The notes: generated by a model from the sequence alone, not told the origin. Positions 36,663-50,834 are shown, counted from the stretch's first letter. The stretch is 64,000 nucleotides of DNA from Octopus vulgaris (GCA_951406725.2 OX597815.1:187984001-188048000); one strand, 5' to 3'. Translations and numbers: made by a program.

Positions 36663-37372
36663 ATATTGATCTTGTGGAGTTGTGAGCTGAGCTAGCCATT
36701 AGAGGTGGCTGGGATGGTGGGCAGAAGTGATAGCTGGCAGAGTTGGTGATGATATATGGCTTTTCATTGGAAGGAGTCAGTTTGCATGTGGGAGTTTAAG
36801 AACAAGGGAAGGAGGCATGGGTTTTTTTTTCAACCATAGGTAGATGCACATTTATTTTGCCCCTGTTGGTGAAAGCATGTGGCTTAGCGATTGGAGTATT
36901 TGGCTCACGGTTGTAAGGTCAGGAGTTCAATTCCTGGCAGTATGTTGTAACACATTTTATTTCCTGTAGCTCCAGTCCACTCAAATGGCAAAAATTACCT
37001 GTACCTGTATTCCAAAGGGTCGGCTTTTTCACATTTTATATTACAGTGAATATCCCCAAGGAGTATGTTAAGGGTACATGTATCTGTGGAGTACTCAGCC
37101 ACTTGTACATTAATTTCATGAGCTGTTTGTTTCCTTGATCGATTCAACTGGAACTCTTGTTGTCATAACCAATGGAGTGCCAGTTTTTTTGGGGTGATGA
37201 AAACTTCTCTCTTCTTCATCAGTGCACCATTGTCTTATTGTTGCAAAGCCGCAGCAATGATAAGGGTGAAACCATTTCCCATCATTTGCATATTTCCATG
37301 ACATATCTCTTAACATGACACAAAGCCACACATTCCGGTGTCAATTAAACTGACACTAGTATTTGACTGGTA

Positions 37373-37595
37373 AGGCGGCGAGCTGGCAGAATCATTAGCA
37401 CACCGGGCAAAATGCTTAGCGGTATTTCGTCTGTCGCTACGTTCTGAGTTCAAATTCTGCCGAGGTAGATTTTGCCTTTCATCCTTTCGGGGTTGATTAA
37501 ATAAGTACCAGTTACGCAGTGGGGTCGATGTAATCGACTTAATCCATTTGTCTGTCCTCTCTGTGTTTAGCCCCTTGTGGGTAGTAAAGAAATAG
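37373..37595 (+). mobile_element. SINE family B, full length
   Basis: Perfect 14-bp TSD GTATTTGACTGGTA at 37359-37372 and 37596-37609. Confidence 0.92.
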
Positions 37596-38844
37596 GTATT
37601 TGACTGGTACCTTATGCAAGAATGAAAGGAAAAGTTGACCTCAGCTGCATTTGAACTCAGAATGTTAAGAGCCACAAGGAAATATCTGCAAGGCTTTTTG
37701 TCTCATGCCTTAATTATTTTGCTAGTCTATTATCCTCAGAAGTAATAATTACAAAACACAACACAAATCGATTAAGACCATATCCTGATTTCTGAAAGTG
37801 ACTCTGAGAGTCAACAATAAAAAGAAAAATGTCAAATTTGGTAATAATTAACACAATGTGATTCTCATGATTTATTTTATTTATTTTATATTGCAATTTG
37901 GGAATAGTAATATCATTGGTTACAGGTTTCTGATAGGCTAATCATTGTTTCACAGCATTTCTGAGTCTTTTTTGTAATTTTACCCAAAACAAATAAAACA
38001 AAACACTTCATTGGAAGAGCACTTGTTTTATTTTTATTTTTATTTATTTAATTTTTTTTTTTTTTGCACAATTCTCACATTACCATTTACATCCTCCTCT
38101 GATGTATAATAGTGAAAGACACACAGACAGAATCACTCACTCACAAAAATTGGTTCAATACAGCATTGTAATTTAAAAAACAAAAACACACTGTTCAATT
38201 ATTTTACTGTGGTGCTTGCTCTGCTTATAGCAGAAGGTTCTTCCTCTTTACTATTCATATTTTCGGCTGGTTGAACTACGTCATGGCATCTTGATCGCTG
38301 GTTCTTAACTTTATCTAGCTCAGTGTCTTTTTTTACAAATGATATTTTATATCTCCTACTCCTACGGCAGCAGATTATTTTTTATTAAACAACGAGTTTT
38401 GCACAATGGTTTATAACCCGTAACTTTTGCTGCAGATGTGGCTGTTTGGTTAAGAAGCTTGCTTCCCAACCATGTGGTCTTGGGTTCAATACCACTGCAT
38501 GGCACTTTAGGCAAGTGTCTTCTACTATAACCTGGGATTGGCTAAAGCCTTGTGAGTGGATTTAGTAGACAGAGACTGAAAAGAACCTGTTGTATATATG
38601 TGTATGTATGTGAGTTTGTGTGTAGCCTTGAATTAACATCACATGATGTAAACGAGTATCACTGTTATACAAGCGGTGTTGTTATTTTTTTCAGTTTTCC
38701 ACAAAAATTATATGTGACCATATGGGGAAATTAGAACATTTCTTGGAAACAGGAAGGGTATCCAGATGTAGAAAATCTGGCTCAACAAATTCCATCTGAC
38801 TTATCTTAGCATGGTAAAGTAGACGTTATATAATGATGAGGATA

Positions 38845-38875
<31 letters not shown>

Positions 38876-40615
38876 CGACGATGACAATGTTGCTCTTATA
38901 CTATACCATTCAGCATGTAGCCCCTTTAAAAGATATTTGTTTGGTCGAATATGGCCCCTATGAATTGTTGATGAATAAATCGTTTCACCTCTGCCTCTTC
39001 AAGACCCCTTTCTATTGTTGCAATCACAGGCTTTGTTGCACCAACAGATAATGGCTTAGAATTTACATCAACTCTAAATTTAAAAGAGAACGCCCTGAGA
39101 TTGTCCTTAGCCTTGCATATGTCTAGAATTATTTGATTTTTACCATCATACCCTTCACATTCTCACCACCAAAATACTGGTCTCTAATTTCCTTGCAAGT
39201 TCTTGTTTTATTTCACAGATAAAGTTTAATACATTTTCCATTAGATTATCACCCTCCTTGAAGACACACTATTCAATATAAGACTTAAAGATAACTAGTC
39301 ACTAAAATATCAAATTTTAGTAGCTAGTCACTAAAATATCAACAAAAATTTCATGGCAACACACATTGTGTCAAATTGCATTTGTGATTATTGTCATTGT
39401 GTGTGCTCTGTTGTTGAGTAGAACCTGCTTGTCTAGCATAATTATTACTCAAAAATATATACACATGCTTTAAGCTATTTTGACCTGACTAATTTTTAAT
39501 AAATTATGACAAGGTCATATTGTGGGGTGTTCATTATAATCTTATTGTTAATTAGGTAAGAATATGTGTTCATAGGTAAGAATGAACTCATAATAGCAGA
39601 CACTGTACATTTATTGCGTTAAGCAGTTTATGTATTACATATGTACAAAGTATATTATAGAGAAAAATATTTCTGCAAAGATGTAATAGTTAAAGCTTTA
39701 CAATATGGAAGGTAAAAAAATGAGTTCCAGTTAAATCTGTTATGTTATATGCATCCATTATTATTATAAACATAACAGAAAATAAAGCAAATAGATAGAA
39801 TGATGGATGCATGTATCTATGTTGACATTAAACGACAAGGATAATTCACTTTGTTGAACATATATTTTAAGAGTATGTGATGTAAATACTTGTAGAAGTA
39901 GATGAAAACATATTTTAGCTGAATAAAATCACTGGTATCAATGTAGGATATGAATTAACTTTAGTGTGGGGTTAAAAGTGCCAACTTTTTATAACGCTGG
40001 GCAAGACTTTCTAGAACCTTCAAAATAAAATTTGGCAGGAAGCTTACATAACTTTTCTCTAAAGTCAACCGCTGCTTACTGATAATGTCAGGTGATGCTG
40101 ATTGGTTGTTAATATTTAAATGGTCACTCCATTCCATCGAAGAGTTGGTCATGTTTTTTATAATGATATAATCATGCTATGGTTCTTAACTGAAGAGCTC
40201 TGCTGGTTGGATCAAAGCTGGCCAAAGCTTCATGATAGTCTTATGATACTTTTAGAACAGAATTAATATAAAAGAAAATCAATTTCAATAAATAGATTTT
40301 CATCAAATTTATACATATCACTTTTCACCCCATAAATGTTTATAAGAGTGGAGCGCGATAAGAAAGAGTAAGTAACAAACACAGTGTGAATAGTAAAGAG
40401 TAACAAGCTTAATGTAGAAGAATGAAGCAGGATTATGCAAATAAATTCAAACAGCAGGGTAATTAAGGGATTAGTCAGTTGGGAGTAGCAAGGGCAAATT
40501 AAATTAAAATATAAACATAATTTTCTATTTTATTAGATCAGTGACTGTGTGTCACTTTGAAAGCTATATATTTCGAACAAGAATTTAGCAGCCCCACCTC
40601 TAGCTGAACAGTTAT

Positions 40616-40660
40616 TCTGTGCTGATGAAGGAAAATAACCCAGAAATCCCAATACATAGA
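40616..40660 (+). ncRNA. Degenerate hammerhead motif
   Basis: TCTGTG-CTGATGA-AGGAAAATAACCCA-GAAA-TCCCAATA-CATAGA; stem I closes, stems II and III are decayed. Confidence 0.35.
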
Positions 40661-41561
40661 TATTGCTTTGTCCTGAGTGGGGGCGCTAAATGTCCTTGTT
40701 CGAAAATATAAGAACACAGATAGTGTGTTGTATAGCCAGCTTGAGATGATGTTTCCTAGGGCTAAATAGCAGTAGCATTCGTCCTCACCAGGACTGCCAC
40801 CTTATGTTGGCAAATAATCTTTACTTAACAGAATGCGTGTTGGTGAAATGCTTCTCACCTTCAGTCCTTATTTTTTCTTTCTCCCATCATCTTACCAGTC
40901 TGCCTAGTGCATATGAGACCACTAGTTATAGGCTGTGCAAGTACTTTGTCAAAACGAATGCCACAACATTTCCTAACAAGAGGCAGGAAAAATTAATTTT
41001 ACATTATGATCCATGATTATATTATTGAGTGAACCTAATATTTTGTAATGAAATTTATAACTTCAGGGAGTCTGCAGCACTCACTTAATAAGGTCCAGAA
41101 TATATATATATATATGTATCCTTGTAATATTTTTATTCTAAGATGGCAGTGGAAGTCAACACTGAGAGTCACTCGCTTTGCTTAACAGAATATGGTTTAA
41201 CGAGGACTCCCTCTGTGTATGTGTGTGTGTACATATATAAATTCAGACAAAGTACGAGTGTATACACAGATACACACATCACACACATATAATTATGGCT
41301 CACTTTTGACGATTCACTTGGAAACTAAATATACACACAGACAACGTACATACAACATACATACATACAACATACACACAAACATATATCAGTACAGTAT
41401 GAATATATATTTTTCTTGCCTTTATAAATGAAATAATAGGTGATGCATGTGTATTATATGTGTGTGTATATATATACATATTTATATGTGTGTGTGTGTG
41501 TATATATATACATATATATTTTGGGGTGTGTGTGTGTGTATATATACATATATATTTTGGG

Positions 41562-41602
<41 letters not shown>

Positions 41603-42363
41603 CACACACACCAATATATATTTAGGTGTATTTGTGAGTGTTTGTGTGTGCACTTGCATACCTGCATCTGTATAATTATCAACATAGATCAACTTAAAAT
41701 CTCCACACACACACGATTATATGCACATATATATATATATATATATACATGCGCACAAACATATACATATATGACAGTTTTCTTTTTTTAAAAAAAATGT
41801 ATCTACCAAAATAATTTTCTTTTCTTATAAATAAAAGAACCTGTGTTTATGTGCAGTTTTTTTCTTCTTTTTTTTGGTGTGCACTTATTTTTTTTTCTTT
41901 TTGTTCACTTTTCACTGGTTGAACTCCTGATGTTGAAAACTTTGTCTTTGTGTACAACTTAACATCAGACACTATAAAATACGTAAATGACTTTTCCTTT
42001 ATAATTTTTTTTTTTATTTATTTTTACTTTTTTTTTTTTTTTCCTGAAATTTAAAAAAAGTTCCAAGCACAAAAGTATGGCTATATAAATTACATTGGCT
42101 CTTTGTTTGAAACTGTAGTTTTGTTTATACAACATTAAAAAAAAAAAGAAAAAGGAAAGAAAAAAGCTTTCTAGTTGAATCGAGACATCAACTGAATTGC
42201 AAAGTTGAACTATTTTATCTCTATTTTTGTAAAGTTGTTTTTGTATTTTTCATCTTTTACATGCTTTAGCCATTAGATTGTAGCCATGCTGGAGCACTAC
42301 CTTCAAGAGATTTTAGTTGAGTCCTCTGACCTCAGTACTTATTACTATATTTATTGTTATTAT

Positions 42364-42538
42364 TCATCATCATCGTTTAACGTCCGCTTTCCATGCTAGC
42401 ATGGGTTGGACGATTTTGACTGATGGCTGGCAAACCAGATGGCTGCAACAGGCTCCAATCTTGATCCGGCAGAGTTTCTACAGCTGGATGCCCTTCCTAA
42501 CGCCAACCACTCTGAGAATGCAGTTGGTGCTTTTTACA
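42364..42538 (-). mobile_element. RTE LINE 3' end fragment
   Basis: (CAT)n plus conserved 3' end. Similar fragments at about 44430-44650 (-), 45570-45800 (+), 46140-46390 (+), 54185-54285 (+) and 57100-57410 (-). Confidence 0.85.
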
Positions 42539-45500
42539 TTTTAATACTTACTAATTATTTCTAATACTTACTAATCATTTCATTTAGAAATAATTAGTAA
42601 GTATTAAAATAAAATTCCATTATATGGTGTGATTTATATTAGGATTTGATGTTTTGCATGGGAACTTCTATCTCTAAATAATATATACATATATATATAT
42701 GAGGGAGTGCTATGGTCCTTCAGTTTTCTAAGCCCTGCAAAAGATTAGCCAGGCATTTCACGATACCCTTTAAGTCAGGAACTTCTCAGCACCCGTTTGT
42801 ATATTTATACAAGAGAATTAATTAATGCTGCATGGAATTTTGTCAGTGAACAGGTCGTGGTCTCAAAGCGACAAAAATATTTTGGCAAATTAAATTTAAA
42901 TGTTGAAGTGAATCTAACAGTTTTTGTGTGTTTCTCAAATGGCTTATAAACACCTTCCACGCTGCAATTGCTTTCGTTCCAGCACACGATCTCAGATCAG
43001 GTCACTCGCTATGCAAGTACATCTACAGAGAATTAATTGTTTTGGTAAATTTATATTTTAACAGGAAACTAATTTTTGTTAAGTCAGTTTTGTATTTGTG
43101 TATATCTGCTTAGGCAAATGCACACATAGAAACACACAGAGAAATAATTCTAAACAAATGTATCAAGAAATAGCCATTTGTGCAGAATTCATAACAAACA
43201 AATAAATAAGAATATTATCTTGATTTTGATTTTATAGCAGTGAGGAAATTAGTAAATAATTCAAACTGTTGAATAACTTTCATGCCATGAGGTATAAATT
43301 TCATTCCACATTTACTTCTTTCTAATGTGGAACATCGTTAGTTATCTCATAATCTGCTGTTTTATATTATTCTATTAATTATTATTTATTGCTGACGTCG
43401 GTCATTCAAAGTGTTCAATATCAGCAACAATGAACGGAAGCAGCAATACTTGAGGACACTTGAACTCAGTGGTCTATTGGTATATCTAACCGAGGCTATT
43501 GTTAGACATGCCGGTATGAGATATAGCTTTACTTTGTAGCAGACCAAAATAGAATTAAACAAACCGCATAGCAATTGTTTGAAATAGGAATTTTTTTTTT
43601 AAAGCAAATGATATCAAAGATTACAATAAAATGTTAAATCTTTACTTTTAAAAAATAAATATTTTGATCAAGTTGTTACAGAATTTAAAAGTCGTAAATA
43701 TAATTGACTTCGCTTTTATTTGTATTTTAGTATTATTCTTCTTATTAAATTTTTTGGTTAAAAACGTTTATATATAATAATAATATATTTAAAAGAATTG
43801 AATCAGTTATTTTATTGAAATACTTGAATTAGTATGCATTTTAGAACAAAATGAACAAAAAAAAATCCTTCTAAACACTTTTTTGTTTTTTCAAAATAGA
43901 GTTAATTCTATTGTCATGTCACTAGCATTATGTACTCAGTCTGTTAAATCAACTCATTAATGGTAAGGCCAGTGCTAATGTACTTAGTATATAGTCAACC
44001 TAGAAATTTCAATTAATTAAAAGCAGCCATAGAGAAGAGAAATATTCATTAGCTTAATGCTGTGGCATAGCAGTGGGATGCAGTTGCCCCTCAGGGCTTG
44101 GGTGGATATGAAGAGGCGCACAATTTCCTCTTGCTTGTCATGCCTGCTAACTAAGGTGGGGTTTCCAAAGCTGTTTTTATCCCTGAGTGCTGAGAACCCT
44201 TGTTAAACCACAGCTGGATCAAGAAATGCCTGAGAATCAGCACCAAAATTTTAATTAATTAAAATAAATTCTAAAAAATAGCATGTGACTTATGTAGTAG
44301 GGAGTCAGTTTCATTTTGGCAGTACTGTGACAGTACTATATGTTTCAGTTTTATTAGACCTCCTCAGCTAAATATAACATTTACCAGTGCTGCCAAACAA
44401 AAACGGTGACTTCAGTGATACATAGATTTTCATCATCATCATCGTTTAATGTCCGTTTTCCATGCTAGCACGGGTTGGACGGTTCGACCGGGGTCTGGGA
44501 AACCAGGAGGCTGCACCAGGCTCCAGTCTGATCTAGCAGTGTTTCTACAGCTGGATGCCCTTCCTAACACCAACCAGTCTGTGAGTGTAGTGGGTGCTTT
44601 TTACGTGCCACTGGCACAAGTGCCAGGAGAGGCTGGCAGTAGCCACGATCGGAACACTACACAATGGTATGATTTATAAGGGCTGTGGAAAAATATCCAA
44701 GCAAGTATTTTGTATGAGATCAAAATAACAAGGTCAATACTTATATTCTTACATCTCTAGTTGTGTTCCCATCGGTCAGCAAGTACCTTATAATTCTTCA
44801 TTTCATTTGCATTTATGTATGCATTCCTTTTAAATTTCTATCTTGGACTGATGACCAACGATGACAGACTCTTCAAAGTGATTAGTAAGAATTTAAAACG
44901 GAATTCATCTGAATGAATCTGTTTTGTTTCTTTTTAGTCAGAGATCTAATAGTTGTGAGATTATACATTTAAGCTTATACGATTATAGATATAATATAGA
45001 TATAAATATTACTGACACAATTATACATATACTTAAAGAAGTCATGGAGTGTGTTCGAAGATGTGAGAAACTACATGAATATTTATGATCACACTTGAAT
45101 TCACAAGAGGACAAATTAATTGTTAAAGAGAAATTTTCTCTACAAATAAAAAGAAAATTGTATGATATTATCAGGAATATAGAATAATGAAACTAGAGTA
45201 CATATAACCTATGGAATTGGATGAAAGAAATTTGATTTACTTCATCTGTGAGACTGATTGAGTTAGGAAGTGTTCGCAAATCAAAGGTATAATGCATGCT
45301 TTGGAAAGATAAGAGAAGAAAAAAAAAAACTCTATACACAGATGGTCATTTGAGTATGAACTGGCAGAGTTGCAAAAGTACATGACAAATTGCGCTGTAG
45401 CAAAATATTTGGCATTTTGCCTTCTGAGTTTAAATTTGACTGGACTCCTACCCTTATCACTTTTCACCTTTAATCTCTCAACTGGCACAAAGACACTCTC

Positions 45501-46964
45501 ACCTCAATACTACTCCTCCACTCTCAGCTGAGAAGTTTTGTTTTTCAAGTTGCTGGGTGACCCTTTTAGTGGTGGTGCCACATAAAAAGCAGTGGTGCTG
45601 GTACCATGTAAAAAGCATTCGGTACACTCTATAAAGTGGCTGACCGTTGTAAAGTAGGAAGGGCATCAAGCTGTAGAAACTGTGCCAAACTAGACAATTG
45701 AGCCTGGTGTGGTTCCTGGCCATATCAGCTTCTGTTAAACCATCCACCATGCCAGCATGGAAAATGGACATTAAATGATGATGATGATGATGATGATGAC
45801 AACTGAAGTACCAGTTTCAGGCACTGGACTGGTGAAATTGTTAGAATATTGGGTAAGAAATCTTGAGGTAGTTCTGGTCTTTTACAGTCTGAGTTCAAAT
45901 CCCACCTTGCCTGACTTAAGTCATAGAGATAATCCATTGCTTAGTATAACACTATCACTTCATCCTTGGATGCCTCAGAATGGACTCCGTTTTGTTGCAA
46001 ACCTTCTAGGCCAGGTCGGTGGAATGAGGATATTTGGCTTCCTGCCACTGGTCTTGGATGCTGTATAAATGGTTATTAAGCACATTGCCTTCTCCTCCTG
46101 ACTAAGCAACAACAACAGTAAAAAAAAAAAGTTTGAAGAATACCATTTGAGCGTGGCCGACGCCAGTGCCACCTGACTGGCTCTCATGCTGGTGGCACAT
46201 AAAAAGCACCATTTGGGCATGGTTGATGCCAGTGCCACCCGACTGGCTCCCATGCTGGAGGCATGTAAAAAGCACCCACTACACTCTTGGAGTGGATGGC
46301 ATTAGGAAAGGCATCCAGCCATAGAAACATTGCCAGAACAGATTGGAAACTGGCGCAGCCTCCTGGCTTGCCAGTCCTTAGTCACAGTCATTCAATCTGA
46401 TAAAAATAGCAGCCAAATCTTCCTTAAATCACACCTTACAGTCCTAAAAAAGGGGAATGACTCAGTGGGCAGCAGATGGAGGGCCATGAGTGGAATGTTA
46501 TTGATCATAAACAATAACAACAATGAGAGAAAGTAAAGTTATTGCTGTTGTTGTTTAACTTCAGATCAGCTCTGACTGAGCTAGAATATAATCTAAGATT
46601 TTCTGTCTAGGATTATCCCAATTTTTCCAAGTTCCGTAAAATCTACAGTAATTTTCCCCACTAAGTCCTTCCTTTTTTTACAATAGCAGGATGCAATTTG
46701 AACAAAATTTGACTGCTATTTCTAGCTTGCCCAATATAAAGGTTCCTTTGTTAGTTCACCCAAAAACAAAATACTCCAGATTAGCTGGCATGTCTGCCAT
46801 CTGGTAAAATCAATTCTTTATTATTACTTTTCCATATTATGGGAAGGATTCAGTAGAGAGTGAAAATTTAGTAAACTTTCATACCCTTCCCCCACAAAAT
46901 TAAATATATTGATTTAGTAAATCAATGAAAATGACACTTATCTTTCTAAAATTCTAATATTAGG

Positions 46965-47310
46965 CACAGAAGTGGCTGTGAGGTAAGTAACCTGCTCACC
47001 AACCACATTGTCCCACTGTGTGGCTCCTTGGACAAATGTCTTCTTCTATAGCCTTGAGCTGACCAAAGCCTTGTGAGTGGATTTAGTTGATAGAAACTGA
47101 AAGAAGCCCATCGTATATATATATATATGTTAGTGTGTCTGTGCTTGTCCCTCCACCCCTGCTTGACAACTGATATTAGCGGTTCAGCAAAAGAGACTGA
47201 TAGAGTAAGTGCTAAGCTTACAAAGAATAAGTCCTGGTGTCAATTTGTTTGACTAAAGGTGGTGCTCCAGCATGGCCATAGTCAGATGACTGAAGCAAAT
47301 AAAAGAATAA
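46965..47310 (+). mobile_element. SINE family A
   Basis: Similarity to family A, with internal deletions. Confidence 0.85.
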
Positions 47311-48208
47311 CAAATTATCTTACAGTCAAGTGTTTAATTTGCTTACTTCACATTTTTTTTTTTTTTTGTAAGGATCTCTTTAAACTGGTCTAATCAGTTT
47401 ATCATTATCCTTTAATTTTTGATTGTGCTATACTGTAATTATTTCAAGCATTAATCTAACCTCTATTCCACTGTATGCTCTGTCACACATCAGTCTATCC
47501 ACATCTATGTTGTTTGTCTCTGGGGTACCATCTGTTGCTTATCACACCAAGCCTTTTGATTGTGTTTCAGATATTGTTATGTATATATATATATATATGT
47601 ATATATTTGCTAAGCAGGATTGGATCTTCCACTGCTTATTTGCTACCATAGGTTTCCACTCCAGTGCCCCTTTCATTCTCCTTCTATCACTCATTTTTAA
47701 ACATACATATTGATTTATCAATATTATATTGTTGCCAGGAATATTTTTTTATTGGATAAAATGAAGCAAAAAAAAAAAAAAGAAGAAAACGCATAAAGGA
47801 AAAGAAAATAGTCTTATGTACATATATACTCTATTTCTATTTTTAATTTGGTTTTATAAGTTGGCATCTGAATCTTATAAATGTCCCAAAAACTAAAACA
47901 AATTTTGCTAATAAAGATTTTGCTTGAGTTTGCTCTTTTATTCCATTGATCTGTGAAATAGATTCAGACAATGAAAAAATTATATAATAGAAATTTTCAA
48001 TAAAGAAAACCTTTGAGATTCTTACCAAATAGCTTTCTATAGGAACTTAATAAAGTTAAACTTTCTGACAAGAGGAGCTGAAATCAGAAACAACTGATTA
48101 CTCTGCTTTATGGATATTAACGAAGCTATTAATTTAAATGACAGGAATGAAAAATACATTTAGTAATTAAATGAAAGGGTCTTTTTGTTTGTTTTACCAG
48201 ACTGGCAT

Positions 48209-48805
48209 TCATCATTGTTTAACATCCGCTTTTCATGCAGGCATGGGTTGGAGGGAGTCTGGGAAGCCAGGAGGCTGCACCAGGCCCCCAATCTGATCTG
48301 GCAGTGTTTCTACAGCTGGATACCCTTCCTAACACCAACCACTCCTGAGTGTAATGGGTGCTTTTTATGTGCCACTGGCACAGGGGCCAGAGGAGCCGGC
48401 ATCAACCATGATCAGATGATACTTTTTACATGCCACTGGCATGGAAGCCAGTCAAAGCGACACTGGCATCAGCCATGTTCGGATGGTGCTTTTTACATGC
48501 TACCGGCATGGGGCTCACAACTATAATTTCCATTTGATTTGATTTTGATATTGCTGTTGATGTACTTGACTTAATAGGTCTCCTCAAGCATGGCATGTTG
48601 CCCTACGATCCAAGGTACTTTTGAGTGGGCTGGTTATGTGACACTGGTGTAGGTTACAGCTGTGGACTCACTTTATTTGCCAGGTCTTCTCAATCACAGC
48701 ATACCTCCAGAGGTCCCGGTCTTTTGTCAATACCTCTGTGAGGCCCAATGTTTGAAGGTCATGCTTCACCACCTCATCCCATGTCTTCTTGGGTCTCCCT
48801 CTACT
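48209..48805 (-). mobile_element. RTE LINE fragment including the ORF2 end
   Basis: Minus strand encodes RGRPKKTWDEVVKHDLQTLGLTE, as in the 9067 ORF, followed by the 3' UTR. Confidence 0.85.
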
Positions 48806-48978
48806 CTAGAGCTTATGCAGGCGCAGACATGGCTGTGTGATAAGGAGTTTGCCTCTCAACCACATGCTTTTGGGTTCAGTTCCACTGTGTGGCACCTTGG
48901 GCAAGTTTCTTGCACCAACTAAAGCCTTGTGAGTGGATTTGGTGGACAGAAACTGAAAGAAGTCCTGGTGAAAATGCC

Positions 48979-49208
48979 TATTTCGTTACTACCCACAAGG
49001 GGCTAAACACAGAGAAGACAAACAAGGACAGACAAACAGATTAAGTCGATTACATCGACCCCAGTGCTTAACTGGTACTTAATTTATCGACCCCAAAAGG
49101 ATGAAAGGCAAAGTCGACCTCAGTGGAATTTGAACTCAGAACGTAACGGCAGACAAAATACGGCTACGCATTTCGCCCAGCGTGCTAACGTTTCTACCAG
49201 CTCGCCGC
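48979..49208 (-). mobile_element. SINE family B, full length
   Basis: 15-bp TSD CCTGGTGAAAATRCC at 48964-48978 and 49209-49223. Confidence 0.9.
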
Positions 49209-49425
49209 CCTGGTGAAAATACCAATGGCAATGTCATCACCACAGAAACCGCCTGCCTTGAATGCTGGCAGGAGCACTTCAGCCTTCTTCTCCATCACCC
49301 AAATGTCCCAATTAATCCCAGCCTAACCATCACTGCAGACATAGCCACAACCAACAACACTTGGAGACTTGATCTTGTCACCTCCAATGAAGTCAGTGTC
49401 ACCCTGAAGAAGCTTAACAACCACT
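49209..49425 (+). pseudogene. LINE ORF2 remnant (linker upstream of RT)
   Basis: NGNVIT...LECWQEHFSLLL...VTSNEVSVTLKKLNN resembles the conserved W.EHF..LLN and T..EV...IK.L pattern preceding non-LTR RTs. Confidence 0.6.
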
Positions 49426-49445
49426 GTGTGTGTGTTTGTATATAT

Positions 49446-49788
49446 ATCATCATCATCATCATCATCATTGTTTAACGTCCGCTTTCCATGCTAGCATGGG
49501 TTGGACGGTTCAACTGGGGTCTGGCAAGCCCGAAGGCTGCACCAGGCCAGTCAGATCTGGCAGTGTTTCTACAGCTGGATGCTCTTCCTAACGCCAACCA
49601 CTCCGAGAGTGTAGTAGGTGGATTTTATGTGCCACTGACACAGGTGCCAGACGAGGCTGGCAGACGGCCATGCTCGGATGGTGTTTTTTATATGCCACCG
49701 ACACAGGTGCCAGACGAGGCTGGCAGACGGCCACGCTCGGATGGTGTTTTCTTATGTGTCACCGACACAGGTGCCAGACGAGGCTGGC

Positions 49789-49829
<41 letters not shown>

Positions 49830-50278
49830 AACTTAGTGACTGGCATCCGTTGCTAGTGGAGCTCTAAGAGTACCATACGAGAGAGATCGTTGCCAGAGCA
49901 ACAAGCTGGCCTTTGTGCCGATGGCATGTTAAGCACACCATTCGAGCGTGATTGTTACCGCGTCGCCTTACTAGTACTTGTGCTGGTGGCACGTAAAACA
50001 TTCAAGCGAGGTCATCGCCAGTGCCGCTGGACTGGCTCCTGTGCAGGTGGCACGTAAAAAGCACCATTTGGGCGTGGCCGTTGCCAGTACCACCAAACTG
50101 GTCCTCATGCCGGTAGCACATAAAAGCACTCGCTACACTCTCGGAGTGGTTGGCGTTAGGAAGGGCATCCAGCTGTAGAAACTCTGCCAGATCAGATTGG
50201 AGGCTGGTTCACCAGTCCTCAGTCAAATCGTCCAACCCATGCTAGCATGGAAAGCGGACGTTAAATGATGATGATGAT
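49446..50278. mobile_element. Two RTE 3' UTR fragments in inverted orientation (49446-49790 minus; 49835-50278 plus)
   Basis: (CAT)n tail at the left end, (GAT)n tail at the right end, (TA)n between them. Confidence 0.85.
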
Positions 50279-50426
50279 ATATATATATACATATGAGGTA
50301 TCTTCCATTAGGAATGTAGCAGAGTACAGTATTAAGCTCGTTCACCCTTAGAATTACCGAATTGCTTGTAGTATTACAATATACTTAGAGGTCTAAATTT
50401 GGGAATTCTTCATGTGTGGTAATAAA

Positions 50427-50808
50427 AATTGAATAAGATAGAGTCAAGAAGAAGGATAAAAATTTGACAGTTATTTTTTAATCACTACAAATGTTTTCAT
50501 AAAACGTAATTCTCTATATATACAGGTATTTGATTACGCAACCGTTTACCTGTATAATGGGATCCAGTTGTATTTCCTCAGGTGATATTCAGTTGTTGTT
50601 AGCATCAAAGTCGAAGGTTTTTTTAACTAATGGAGACAGCAATTCAATATTACCTGAGGAAATATAACTGGATCCCATTATACAGGTAAATGGTTGCATA
50701 ATCAAATACCTGTACATATATATAGAACTATATTGTATGAAAACACTTGCAGAGATTAGAAAATAACCATCCAACTATAATCCTTCTTGTAATCTATCTT
50801 ATTCAATT
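50427..50808. repeat. Foldback/palindromic element, arms about 160 bp
   Basis: 50427-50589 is the reverse complement of 50646-50808; the inner 69 bp has 4 mismatches. Confidence 0.88.
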
Positions 50809-50834
50809 ATATATATTTCTATTCTTTCTTTTTT

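Noticed and set aside
42700-43025. Mariner-like terminus at about 42700-42802 and a possible hammerhead at about 42840-42875
   Set aside because: TIRs match poorly, and neither the CUGANGA nor the GAAA core can be placed convincingly.
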